Below are positions 53,752-60,813 of a stretch of DNA of 64,000 bases, one piece after another. How positions within the stretch are numbered: position 1 is the stretch's first letter; each line of letters begins with the position of its first letter. A program made the translations under genes and the position numbers. A model generated the notes under the pieces. That model ran no database searches. It was not told the DNA's origin and saw nothing but the letters and a program-made list of their open reading frames with translations. Source of the stretch: a virus (Duplodnaviria; Caudoviricetes); IMG/VR virus record IMGVR_UViG_3300037067_027616, positions 352,001 through 416,000 of that record, one strand, 5' to 3'.

Positions 53752-54900
53752 ATGAAAATGAAAACAGAAACACTTATGAAATACAAAGGGTTTTTTGCAC
53801 AGATTATGGAGGCTGAAAGGCTCGTTGGTGATCAGACGTTTGGTCTGCCCCCGGGATCCGCTCTCCCCGCCTATTGTTCAAACATCTTCAAAGAATACCC
53901 ACAGAATTGGATGCGCGGACCGGGAGTGTTCGTTATACCCGTTCGTCCGAACAAAGGTTTATGGTTCGATTTCACTCCTAATGATCATGCCAATACGGCC
54001 GTGCTTCCCACAGTAAAAGGATGCAATCCCATCACGGGACTGCAGACGTCAGGATATCATCTTGAACGGTATGATACGAAATGTCCGAAGCACAACAAGG
54101 AGTTTGGCCCCGACAGGTTCTGTGAGGAATGTGGGTACAAATGGCCATTCGGCAACTATGTAGCCCGGCCAAACGTACTTTGGCTGGACGGGTTCCGGGA
54201 TTCCGGAGATGGCACCGTACGCCAGTTCTTCTTCACCGAAGACGAGGTCCGCGACATCGCCACGAAGATGATCGGCAAGGAGAACACTGTTCCTGCATTT
54301 GGATTTGCGTTCTACAGGCCAAAGGTCGAGAGGCCCCGTGAGCAAAGAACTATGCGCGGTGATAGTTTCTTATATAAGACCTTGGTGCCCGATGCTTATC
54401 TGGATGTCAAAGGTGCTAATACATCTTGGACTTTGTCTAATTCTTCAGGGTCAATGACATACAGTGTTCCCGGTGCAAACAAGGTTTGTTTCTGCAACAC
54501 GAGTTATTTGGTGGGTTCTTTGGGCGAGAAGTCCATGCCTTCTGCTGCAGGGATGACTTCAGAATTTGACGATATGAATTTTGTTGATAAGGAACATACA
54601 GCATCCGCCGCACCGTACAAGTCGCCCCCCAAGGATAGGGTGTTACGCAAAAAGGCTGTCCAGGCACGTTTGGGGGAAGACTATCAACCCAAGAAGGAAG
54701 TAGCCATCGGCGCAGGTGCAAAAATAGCGCAAGATCTTATTGAGGATCCCTATCCATTGGACACGTGGAAGGACACCCCGGATAGCGTCATGACCATCTA
54801 TTTCGTCTTCAAGGACGAGGTGGACAGGATGCTCTCCAAGGGTGTTGTTGACACGACTGAAAAGCCCGAAGGCATGTTGGAAGGCATGCCGGTGGGATAA
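53752..54900 (+). CDS. Conserved hypothetical protein (LPPG…GVF…WLDG…VRQF…GAG..I.Q…DPY…W family)
   Basis: Motif order recognised from a widespread bacterial/fungal uncharacterised family; Zn insert CPKH…CEEC. Confidence 0.6.
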   Translation: MKMKTETLMKYKGFFAQIMEAERLVGDQTFGLPPGSALPAYCSNIFKEYPQNWMRGPGVFVIPVRPNKGLWFDFTPNDHANTAVLPTVKGCNPITGLQTSGYHLERYDTKCPKHNKEFGPDRFCEECGYKWPFGNYVARPNVLWLDGFRDSGDGTVRQFFFTEDEVRDIATKMIGKENTVPAFGFAFYRPKVERPREQRTMRGDSFLYKTLVPDAYLDVKGANTSWTLSNSSGSMTYSVPGANKVCFCNTSYLVGSLGEKSMPSAAGMTSEFDDMNFVDKEHTASAAPYKSPPKDRVLRKKAVQARLGEDYQPKKEVAIGAGAKIAQDLIEDPYPLDTWKDTPDSVMTIYFVFKDEVDRMLSKGVVDTTEKPEGMLEGMPVG

Positions 54901-54933
54901 CCATACATACCTTTAACAGAAGTAGGTATCAGC

Positions 54934-55440
54934 ATGAAATCAAGAGTTTCAAATGAAGAGTCACTCATCTGTAAACGCATGAACGGTCTTGAGAAAATGA
55001 TGGCCTTGTTGTATGACCGGGTCGATGCTGCAATGTCTGATGTGAACAAAAAGACCACACAGTCTCTGGCGGAGTTCGTGGGGGACAGGATTTTGCTCAT
55101 ACTGTTTCAGATAGCATCGGTGGAATACATCCTTACTCCTGAAAATAGGGTGGCTTTAATTTTGAAGGCTGTTGAGAAGGCAATAGAAGATTTCCCTAAA
55201 GACACGGGTCACGAGGATTGTGGCGAGATGGTTAGGATGCAAAAATATTTTGAGAGCGTCTTCAAAGCTACCGTGCCACCGATGGTAGACTCTATCGAGC
55301 CTCCACCACAACCAGAAGTTTCAAGGGAAGTACCACCGTCTGGTGACCGCTTGGATGAGTTGCTGAAGAAGGTGGCTTACTATGATACTTCTCGCAAGCG
55401 TGCCAAATCCCACAAGAAAAACCCCCGGAAAAGAAGGTAG
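54934..55440 (+). CDS. Hypothetical protein, basic C-terminus
   Basis: ORF track; operon orientation. Confidence 0.55.
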   Translation: MKSRVSNEESLICKRMNGLEKMMALLYDRVDAAMSDVNKKTTQSLAEFVGDRILLILFQIASVEYILTPENRVALILKAVEKAIEDFPKDTGHEDCGEMVRMQKYFESVFKATVPPMVDSIEPPPQPEVSREVPPSGDRLDELLKKVAYYDTSRKRAKSHKKNPRKRR

Positions 55441-55441
55441 T

Positions 55442-55732
55442 ATGGTCACCACGAATACATCTTGGGCGCCTTCCTCCACTACGGGAACGTGGCTGCCTGG
55501 TTTTTCTACATCAACCTTGAAACCTGTATGTTGCTCGCAATGTGGCAGGTCCTTGGAAGGCCAGACAACGACTACATATATCAATGGCCAACCGTGGTGT
55601 GCTTGGTGCCAACAGGCTTGTTTCGGGGAATGGGCGCGTAATCCGAGTCTTTTTATGTGGATCTCAAGCCACATATCAGATATTGCCGAATATGGACGCA
55701 ATCACCCCGAAATGTTTCGACAGTCTGGTTGA
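55442..55732 (+). CDS. Small Zn-finger protein
   Basis: ATG 55442; CSQC…CAWC. Confidence 0.5.
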   Translation: MVTTNTSWAPSSTTGTWLPGFSTSTLKPVCCSQCGRSLEGQTTTTYINGQPWCAWCQQACFGEWARNPSLFMWISSHISDIAEYGRNHPEMFRQSG

Positions 55733-55812
55733 CACCCGCAATTTGCGATAATCGATTCATTGAGGTCGTCCTTGTACAGGACGACCTTTTTGTTGTCCCG
55801 CGTGGAGGTTTC

Positions 55813-56088
55813 ATGCGCGTGCGTGCTTTATATATACTCCAGGAACAAATGCGGGAGATGGAGATTTACCGATGGATTCGTTCCGAGGAGGCAAAATATG
55901 ACCTTGGCGAGACCGCATACTACGGGTGGGTCGAGGAATACGCCGCGTCCTTCAGGAAGTGGTCTGACAGCATCCCCGCTGAATGTGTGGGATGCGGGGC
56001 ATGTATGACAGGCGAAACGGGTATGGAGTGTCCGAACCCTTTCAATGTACAACGTAAGGAACGTATCAAGTCAATGGGGATTCTATGA
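55813..56088 (+). CDS. Small hypothetical protein (DUF4032-like N-part + Cys cluster)
   Basis: ggagg RBS before ATG 55813; 'E..IYRWI.SE…DLGE.A…W..EYA'. Confidence 0.55.
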   Translation: MRVRALYILQEQMREMEIYRWIRSEEAKYDLGETAYYGWVEEYAASFRKWSDSIPAECVGCGACMTGETGMECPNPFNVQRKERIKSMGIL

Positions 56089-56333
56089 AAATATATGTAG
56101 TTACCATGTATAGGTGGGGTGACCGTGAGAACCATTCGTATGTCGTTGGCGCATTTGCAGATGACGAGGAAAGGGCCGTCAGGCTGGGGAAGGAGATGCA
56201 CGAATACCGCGGGGGTAAATACGACCCTGAAGTGGTGTGCTTCGACCACTCCACAAACCCTCCGACCATGACCGTTGTGTACCCTGTTGAAAAGTTTGAT
56301 TCGAAGGTATTCAAGGGGTTGTCGGAAGGTTAA
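56085..56333 (+). CDS. Small hypothetical phage protein
   Basis: 'IYVVTMYRWGDRENHSYVVG…YRGGKY'. Confidence 0.6.
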   Translation: MKIYVVTMYRWGDRENHSYVVGAFADDEERAVRLGKEMHEYRGGKYDPEVVCFDHSTNPPTMTVVYPVEKFDSKVFKGLSEG

Positions 56334-56384
56334 TAATACTTCTTTTATAAGAATTCTTAAGCAAATTCAGCACAGGAGTCCCTA

Positions 56385-57266
56385 ATGTTTGACATCGTTT
56401 CTTACGCACAGAAGTACCTCGAAGAGCCTGTTTCTTCAGAGGTTGACGCTAAATTGTCCGATTTGTTCAAGAAGAAGGCCCCGACACCCGCTCCGGCACC
56501 AGAGCCTGAACCCCTTGTGAAGGGTGAGGTGCAACCGCAACTTACCGATGAATCTGTTGATAAATCAATAAGGGGTATGAAGGGTTTGTCTAATTTTTTG
56601 TTTAGCATAGGTGTAAAACCTCATACTTGGGCTATGTTGTCTCCGGCAGAAAAGAAAAATGTTTCAGAAACTTTGTTTCCTAAGCCTGTTGGTCGTGGTA
56701 GTTTTGATTTGACTGGAGGGGTAATATATCTTGACTATCCGCGATATGGTATTGAGGGGCAAAAAAGATTAGAATCCTTCGTCAATAAACTTTTGTCAAA
56801 GTTGTCCGGTTTTCCTGAATTTAAGTCTGATGTAGAGGAATATATGTCGAAGTTTTTGAAAGACCCCAACAAAACTAAACCAGAAAATAAACCCGGAGAA
56901 TTAGGGTATCATACTTCTGTACGGGATTACCCACCTACAGGAAAAGAAATGCCAAAACTCGCCTCTGAAGAACTTATCGCCTCCGATGTGGCCCTCATAG
57001 AGATGTCCCTGCAGGAAGTAGAAGCGGCCGACCGTGAAATCAATGCGGCGTGGGAAACCATCGAGGCTGCCCGGAAGCGCAAGAAGAAATGGGTACAAAA
57101 CATAAATTTGAAAAAGGGTCGGTTAACAAAATACAAAAGGCCCGGAGAGTCCATGGAGGACGCGGCGAATCGTGCTCTTAATAGCGATGACCCCTCTGTC
57201 CGCGGAATGGGCTCATTTTTTATGGCCGCCCATAAGTTCAAGCACAAGAAGGGTAAAGGCGCGTAG
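56385..57266 (+). CDS. Hypothetical Lys-rich protein
   Basis: aggag RBS; basic C-terminus. Confidence 0.6.
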   Translation: MFDIVSYAQKYLEEPVSSEVDAKLSDLFKKKAPTPAPAPEPEPLVKGEVQPQLTDESVDKSIRGMKGLSNFLFSIGVKPHTWAMLSPAEKKNVSETLFPKPVGRGSFDLTGGVIYLDYPRYGIEGQKRLESFVNKLLSKLSGFPEFKSDVEEYMSKFLKDPNKTKPENKPGELGYHTSVRDYPPTGKEMPKLASEELIASDVALIEMSLQEVEAADREINAAWETIEAARKRKKKWVQNINLKKGRLTKYKRPGESMEDAANRALNSDDPSVRGMGSFFMAAHKFKHKKGKGA

Positions 57267-57277
57267 GGGGTAAATTT

Positions 57278-57649
57278 ATGAACCCACATTGTTGCCGTTG
57301 TGGTACTACAGACCCCTCACCGATGCGCGACAGCGATGGTGACCTCATCTATTGGTTCAGGGTGGAGGAGGATGAGGACGGTGAGGACAGGCTGTGCGCC
57401 GGGGAGAAGGAACCAGATGATGACGAGGACACCGTGGCCTTCACGGGCATCACCAAAAAGAATTTTGAGTTCGATGACTCCTATAAAATAATGTGTCCTG
57501 AATGTGCCTCTGAAGAATGCGAGTACATCAAAGGGGACATTGTTGACAGCATTGTGGGATTGGACGATGACGGTTGGATGGAGGATGGGTTCGACCCGTT
57601 TTCAAGCGATGATGTAACGGATGAAGATCCCGATGACGATGACGATTAG
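57278..57649 (+). CDS. Highly acidic Zn-binding small protein
   Basis: CCRC…CPEC; Asp/Glu-rich. Confidence 0.6.
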   Translation: MNPHCCRCGTTDPSPMRDSDGDLIYWFRVEEDEDGEDRLCAGEKEPDDDEDTVAFTGITKKNFEFDDSYKIMCPECASEECEYIKGDIVDSIVGLDDDGWMEDGFDPFSSDDVTDEDPDDDDD

Positions 57650-58047
57650 CGCCTAGCCGACCTTTTTGCTTTATTTTTGCTTTCAGAGGGCTTCTTTGGT
57701 TTGGAAGCCCTTTGCTTATAGTTCTCGGGGACCATCTTCTTTTTGACTTCCTCGTATGCCCCGCGTATGCCACTGCTGATGATGTCCATCTGCGTGTGTG
57801 TCATTAAGAACATATCCTGCTCATCAGGGAAATCGCGCGTAAAGGTGCACCCGGTCATGTAGCTGGCGCCCTCGAACAGTTCATGGTGCAGGGTGTTGAG
57901 GAAGTCTTCAAGGTCGAATTTGTCATCTATGGTTATGAGGCGTGCCACGGCATCGCACTCGCCGCCATCGTCTCCAGGCACCGGGCCACGCACGCATTTC
58001 CATTTTTGTCCAAACCATTGGAACTCGCACGAGTGCACCATGGACAT
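57646..58047 (-). CDS. Zincin-like small protein (only clear minus-strand gene)
   Basis: 'GEC…I.ID…TLHHELFE' resembles zincin HExx(H/E); aggag RBS on minus strand. Confidence 0.55.
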   Translation of the reverse strand: MSMVHSCEFQWFGQKWKCVRGPVPGDDGGECDAVARLITIDDKFDLEDFLNTLHHELFEGASYMTGCTFTRDFPDEQDMFLMTHTQMDIISSGIRGAYEEVKKKMVPENYKQRASKPKKPSESKNKAKRSARR

Positions 58048-58175
58048 CTCCTATATGGGTATCGTATGAAAGGACGCCTCAATGAGAAGGTTATTAGGGT
58101 GAAAAATCTTGACTTGTAATAATGCGTTCATAGACTGTCAAGTATGGACACCACCCACGTCCATTATCAAAAATG

Positions 58176-58204
58176 TTAAAAACAACCTGTCAAGACACTA
58201 TATT
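58176..58204 (+). promoter_or_regulatory. Putative sigma70-type promoter
   Basis: TTAAAA-17 nt-TATATT upstream of 58255. Confidence 0.5.
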
Positions 58205-58254
58205 GCATAAAAGGGGCGTTTCAGGCTCCTGTATGCCATAGAAAGGACTTTGTC

Positions 58255-59478
58255 ATGGCCAAAAAGGATTTAACGAAGAAACTCAGGTTGGTACGTTCAG
58301 GACAGGTTGGTGCAGGAGCCACGGCCTCCGCTGATGCCGAACAAAATGTGGATCAATACGGTTTGTCGATGCAGGAGGGTATCACCCGCCTCGAGGACGA
58401 GAACCGTAAGTTGCGCACGGAGCTTAAAACGGCACAACGCGACTCGACGGTGTTCAAGATGCTTGCGGCGGTCATCGAGCAACAACCGCCGTTCTCCACG
58501 TTCACGCCATACAGTTCCATCATAGATCGTAAAACACGCATTACCGAATCGGCCATGCTTGTGTTCTCCGACAGCCATGCCGACCAGGAGATAATCGCCA
58601 ACCGCGTCAGGGGCCTAGAGGAGTACGGGTTCGATATTGCTTGTCAGCGTGCGGAAAGAATAGTAGACACGACGATAAGTCACCTCATCGACAACATGAA
58701 GAACTACAGGTTTGAAACGCTTTACATTGCAGGTCTCGGTGATTACGTGAACGGCGAGATACACGGGGCCTCCGAACACAGCAAATGGCACAACGCCTTG
58801 AAGAATTCCATGGGAATGGGCGAACTGTTTGCCATGATGATAACCGATCTTTCAAGGTACTTCAAAAAGATTGTCGTGTGCAGCGTGTCCGGCAACCACG
58901 GTCGCAGATCAGCCAAGAAGGACTACCGAGGTGCACACGACAATTGGGATTACCTTGTAATTTCCCATGCCGCCACAAGGTTGAAGGGACTCATCGAGCA
59001 AGGCCGGGTGGAGATAGTTGCTCCGGACGCGTGGTCGATGATTGTGAATATATACGGATGGAATTTTGTTCTCAATCACGGTGACGACATCAGATCTTGG
59101 AATAGTCTCCCATGGTATGGGATCGAGAGGAAGACCCGCCGGCTCAATGCCATCGGGACTGTGACCGGGCAGATGCCAAATTATTATCTGTTTGGTCATT
59201 TTCATAATATGGGTTCACAACAGCATACGACGGGGGAGACGATCGTAAATGGAAATTGGTGTGCCACAGACGAATATGCTTTGGAAAGTCTCGGGGCCTA
59301 TTCGGAGCCTTATCAATGGCTCATGGGAATTCACCCCACCTATGGTCTTACATGGCGCCTTCCAATAAAACTCAGGAAGAAGGATTGGCGTGAGTCTCTC
59401 GGTAAGGCTTCCAGGTACACTATTACACAACTTGAGGGTAATTCGTTGGTGGGGGTTGACAAAGTTACTGAAGCGTAG
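58255..59478 (+). CDS. Calcineurin-like metallophosphoesterase with N-terminal coiled coil
   Basis: SDSH, LGD, GNHGR, HGD, GHFH motifs. Confidence 0.9.
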   Translation: MAKKDLTKKLRLVRSGQVGAGATASADAEQNVDQYGLSMQEGITRLEDENRKLRTELKTAQRDSTVFKMLAAVIEQQPPFSTFTPYSSIIDRKTRITESAMLVFSDSHADQEIIANRVRGLEEYGFDIACQRAERIVDTTISHLIDNMKNYRFETLYIAGLGDYVNGEIHGASEHSKWHNALKNSMGMGELFAMMITDLSRYFKKIVVCSVSGNHGRRSAKKDYRGAHDNWDYLVISHAATRLKGLIEQGRVEIVAPDAWSMIVNIYGWNFVLNHGDDIRSWNSLPWYGIERKTRRLNAIGTVTGQMPNYYLFGHFHNMGSQQHTTGETIVNGNWCATDEYALESLGAYSEPYQWLMGIHPTYGLTWRLPIKLRKKDWRESLGKASRYTITQLEGNSLVGVDKVTEA

Positions 59479-59484
59479 TATATT
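59456..59484 (+). promoter_or_regulatory. Near-consensus sigma70 promoter driving the ncRNA array
   Basis: TTGACA(59456-61)-17 nt-TATATT(59479-84); predicted +1 near 59491, at the start of unit 1. Confidence 0.85.
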
Positions 59485-59490
59485 ATGTCC

Positions 59491-59657
59491 GTTGTGGTTC
59501 TTTCTCATTCCGGTCAGCACTCCATGCGAGGGCGTACATGTATAGCTCAATTGGATAGAGCGCAAGACTATTAATCTTGAGGTTGCGGGATCATATCCTG
59601 CTACAAATGTTACACACGCACTAGCGACTTGTGCTGATTGGAATGAGGAAGAACAAC
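59491..59657 (+). ncRNA. Array unit 1: structured RNA with 24-bp closing stem, conserved core and tRNA-like domain (anticodon-position AUU)
   Basis: 59497-59520 pairs with 59631-59654 (3 G-U); core TCCAT..GGCGTACA / ACGCA..GACTT; D arm GCTC/GAGC, anticodon arm CAAGA-CTATTAA-TCTTG, T arm GCGGG-ATCATAT-CCTGC. Confidence 0.8.
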
Positions 59658-59660
59658 TCT

Positions 59661-59797
59661 TTGAAAGTAAGTCTGCTCTCCACACCGGGGGCCTACATTC
59701 GATGGATAGTCGATGCTACGTACCGGGTTCTCCATAAGCCGTAAGTGCTTATGGTGGCTCGGTAAAGCAACCGGAACTCGAGCAGGTTTACCTTCAA
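59661..59797 (+). ncRNA. Array unit 2: structured RNA with divergent core and two-hairpin cargo
   Basis: TTGAAAGTAAGTCTGCTC pairs with GAGCAGGTTTACCTTCAA; core TCCAC..GGCCTACA / AAGCA..AACTC; hairpin CCATAAGC-CGTAAGT-GCTTATGG. Confidence 0.7.
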
Positions 59798-59798
59798 T

Positions 59799-59962
59799 TT
59801 GCTCTTTCACATTCTGGCCAGCACTCCATGTTGGGGCGTACATTGCGATTAGCTCAATGGTAGAGCGCATTCCTTAAGAGAATGATGTCGCGGGCTCGAA
59901 ACCCGTATTGCAAACCAAAACACGCATTAACGACTTGTGCCGGCTAGAATGAGGAAGAGCGA
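59799..59962 (+). ncRNA. Array unit 3: structured RNA with closing stem, conserved core and complete embedded tRNA
   Basis: 59801-59824 pairs with 59937-59960, with compensatory changes relative to unit 1; core TCCAT..GGCGTACA / ACGCA..GACTT. Confidence 0.8.
59843..59917 (+). tRNA. Atypical tRNA/tRNA mimic, anticodon UAA, embedded in unit 3
   Basis: Acceptor TTGCGAT/ATTGCAA + A + CCA; D arm GCTC-AATGGTA-GAGC; anticodon arm CATTC-CTTAAGA-GAATG; short variable loop; T arm GCGGG-CTCGAAA-CCCGT. Confidence 0.65.
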
Positions 59963-59965
59963 TGC

Positions 59966-60072
59966 TCTTTGACACAGACTCTCGTCCTCTATGCTCAGGG
60001 CGTACATTCGATACTACCATTAAGGTTTTGAATTAACGCACGAGTGACTTGAACGGGAGCCTGTGACAAAGA
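59966..60072 (+). ncRNA. Array unit 4: minimal structured RNA (core + small hairpin)
   Basis: TCTTTG-A-CACAGACTCTCGT pairs with ACGGGAGCCTGTG-A-CAAAGA; core TCTAT..GGCGTACA / ACGCA..GACTT; apical ACC-ATTAA-GGT. Confidence 0.75.
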
Positions 60073-60077
60073 CCATA

Positions 60078-60112
60078 GAAGCCGGGGACTTCAAGTTCTC
60101 GGTTTTTTCTTT
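60078..60112 (+). terminator. Rho-independent terminator closing the ncRNA array
   Basis: GCCGGGGACT-TCA-AGTTCTCGGT followed by TTTTTCTTT. Confidence 0.85.
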
Positions 60113-60158
60113 GTCCCTGTTGTTTAAAAGTGTCTATTAATGTGTGTGAAAATTTATC

Positions 60159-60187
60159 GTTACAAATGAGGTTTCAAAAAGTATATT
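60159..60187 (+). promoter_or_regulatory. Sigma70-type promoter for the Ubl-SPFH-TROVE operon
   Basis: GTTACA-17 nt-TATATT, then GGAGG RBS and ATG 60218. Confidence 0.6.
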
Positions 60188-60217
60188 CGATAGGTCGCCA
60201 ATAAAAAGGAGGGTGAG

Positions 60218-60472
60218 ATGGTACACGTTAAGTATGAGGGTCGTTCCGAGGACATCGAGTTTGACGCATTGTTCGCGCAGGATCGCCTGGCTTCTATAGG
60301 TATCCCTGCGGGTGTGGTGCCTACGCCGCAGTCGGTGACGCAACAGCAGATCAAGGTCGCCTTGGCGCAGCATTTCGATCGTGGTTTGACCGAGTTCGAT
60401 GAGATGTATGTCGAGGTCAACCCGAATGGAAACATCACGGTGCGTCCGGAGGCAGTGTTCGGTACCCGGTAA
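60218..60472 (+). CDS. Ubiquitin-like (beta-grasp) small protein ending …RPEAVFG-TR
   Basis: 84 aa; beta-beta-alpha-beta-beta pattern ('VHVKYEGRSEDI…QQQIKVALAQHF…YVEVNPNGNITVRPEAVFG'); strong RBS. Confidence 0.65.
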   Translation: MVHVKYEGRSEDIEFDALFAQDRLASIGIPAGVVPTPQSVTQQQIKVALAQHFDRGLTEFDEMYVEVNPNGNITVRPEAVFGTR

Positions 60473-60476
60473 TAAC

Positions 60477-60519
60477 AGGTCACAAGGTGAGGGGGTAACA
60501 AACATAACCCTTGTGACCT
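60477..60519 (+). other. Intergenic hairpin after Ubl gene
   Basis: AGGTCACAAGG / CCTTGTGACCT perfect 11-bp inverted repeat. Confidence 0.55.
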
Positions 60520-60548
60520 CTTGTCATAGTCTTGAACAAGGAGTCTGT

Positions 60549-60767
60549 ATGGTTCTTCTGTGGGACGTCATCGAGATAATTTTGGTGCTTGCTATTTTGA
60601 TGTTCATGGTTACCCAGGTATTCCTCCCGATTATACGGGGTACTCCGATGTACCCTTTTTTCAAGTCGAAGGAGCCAAAATTGTCAAAAGATTTGAAGGA
60701 GGCCCGGCAGAAGGTTGTTGAAAGTAACTTGAAAAAAGAGGTTGATGACACTAAGAACATTAAGTAG
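60549..60767 (+). CDS. Small single-pass membrane protein (SPFH partner)
   Basis: aaggag RBS, ATG 60549; hydrophobic 'VIEIILVLAILMFMVTQVFLPII' then charged tail. Confidence 0.65.
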   Translation: MVLLWDVIEIILVLAILMFMVTQVFLPIIRGTPMYPFFKSKEPKLSKDLKEARQKVVESNLKKEVDDTKNIK

Positions 60768-60813
60768 TTCCCGGTAACAGTCAAATAACATACAAATCAA
60801 AAAGGAGATTCAG

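Noticed and set aside
59215-59870. Minus-strand ORFs 59215..59685 and 59610..59870
   Set aside because: Antisense to a + strand promoter-terminator unit with covarying RNA structure; no protein motifs.
59491-60072. CRISPR array or ordinary tRNA cluster
   Set aside because: No identical direct repeats with unique spacers and no cas genes. Only two of four units are tRNA-like, and both are nested in a larger conserved fold.
60399-60548. Extended start for the 60399..60767 ORF
   Set aside because: It overlaps the Ubl gene and an intergenic hairpin; RBS supports ATG 60549.
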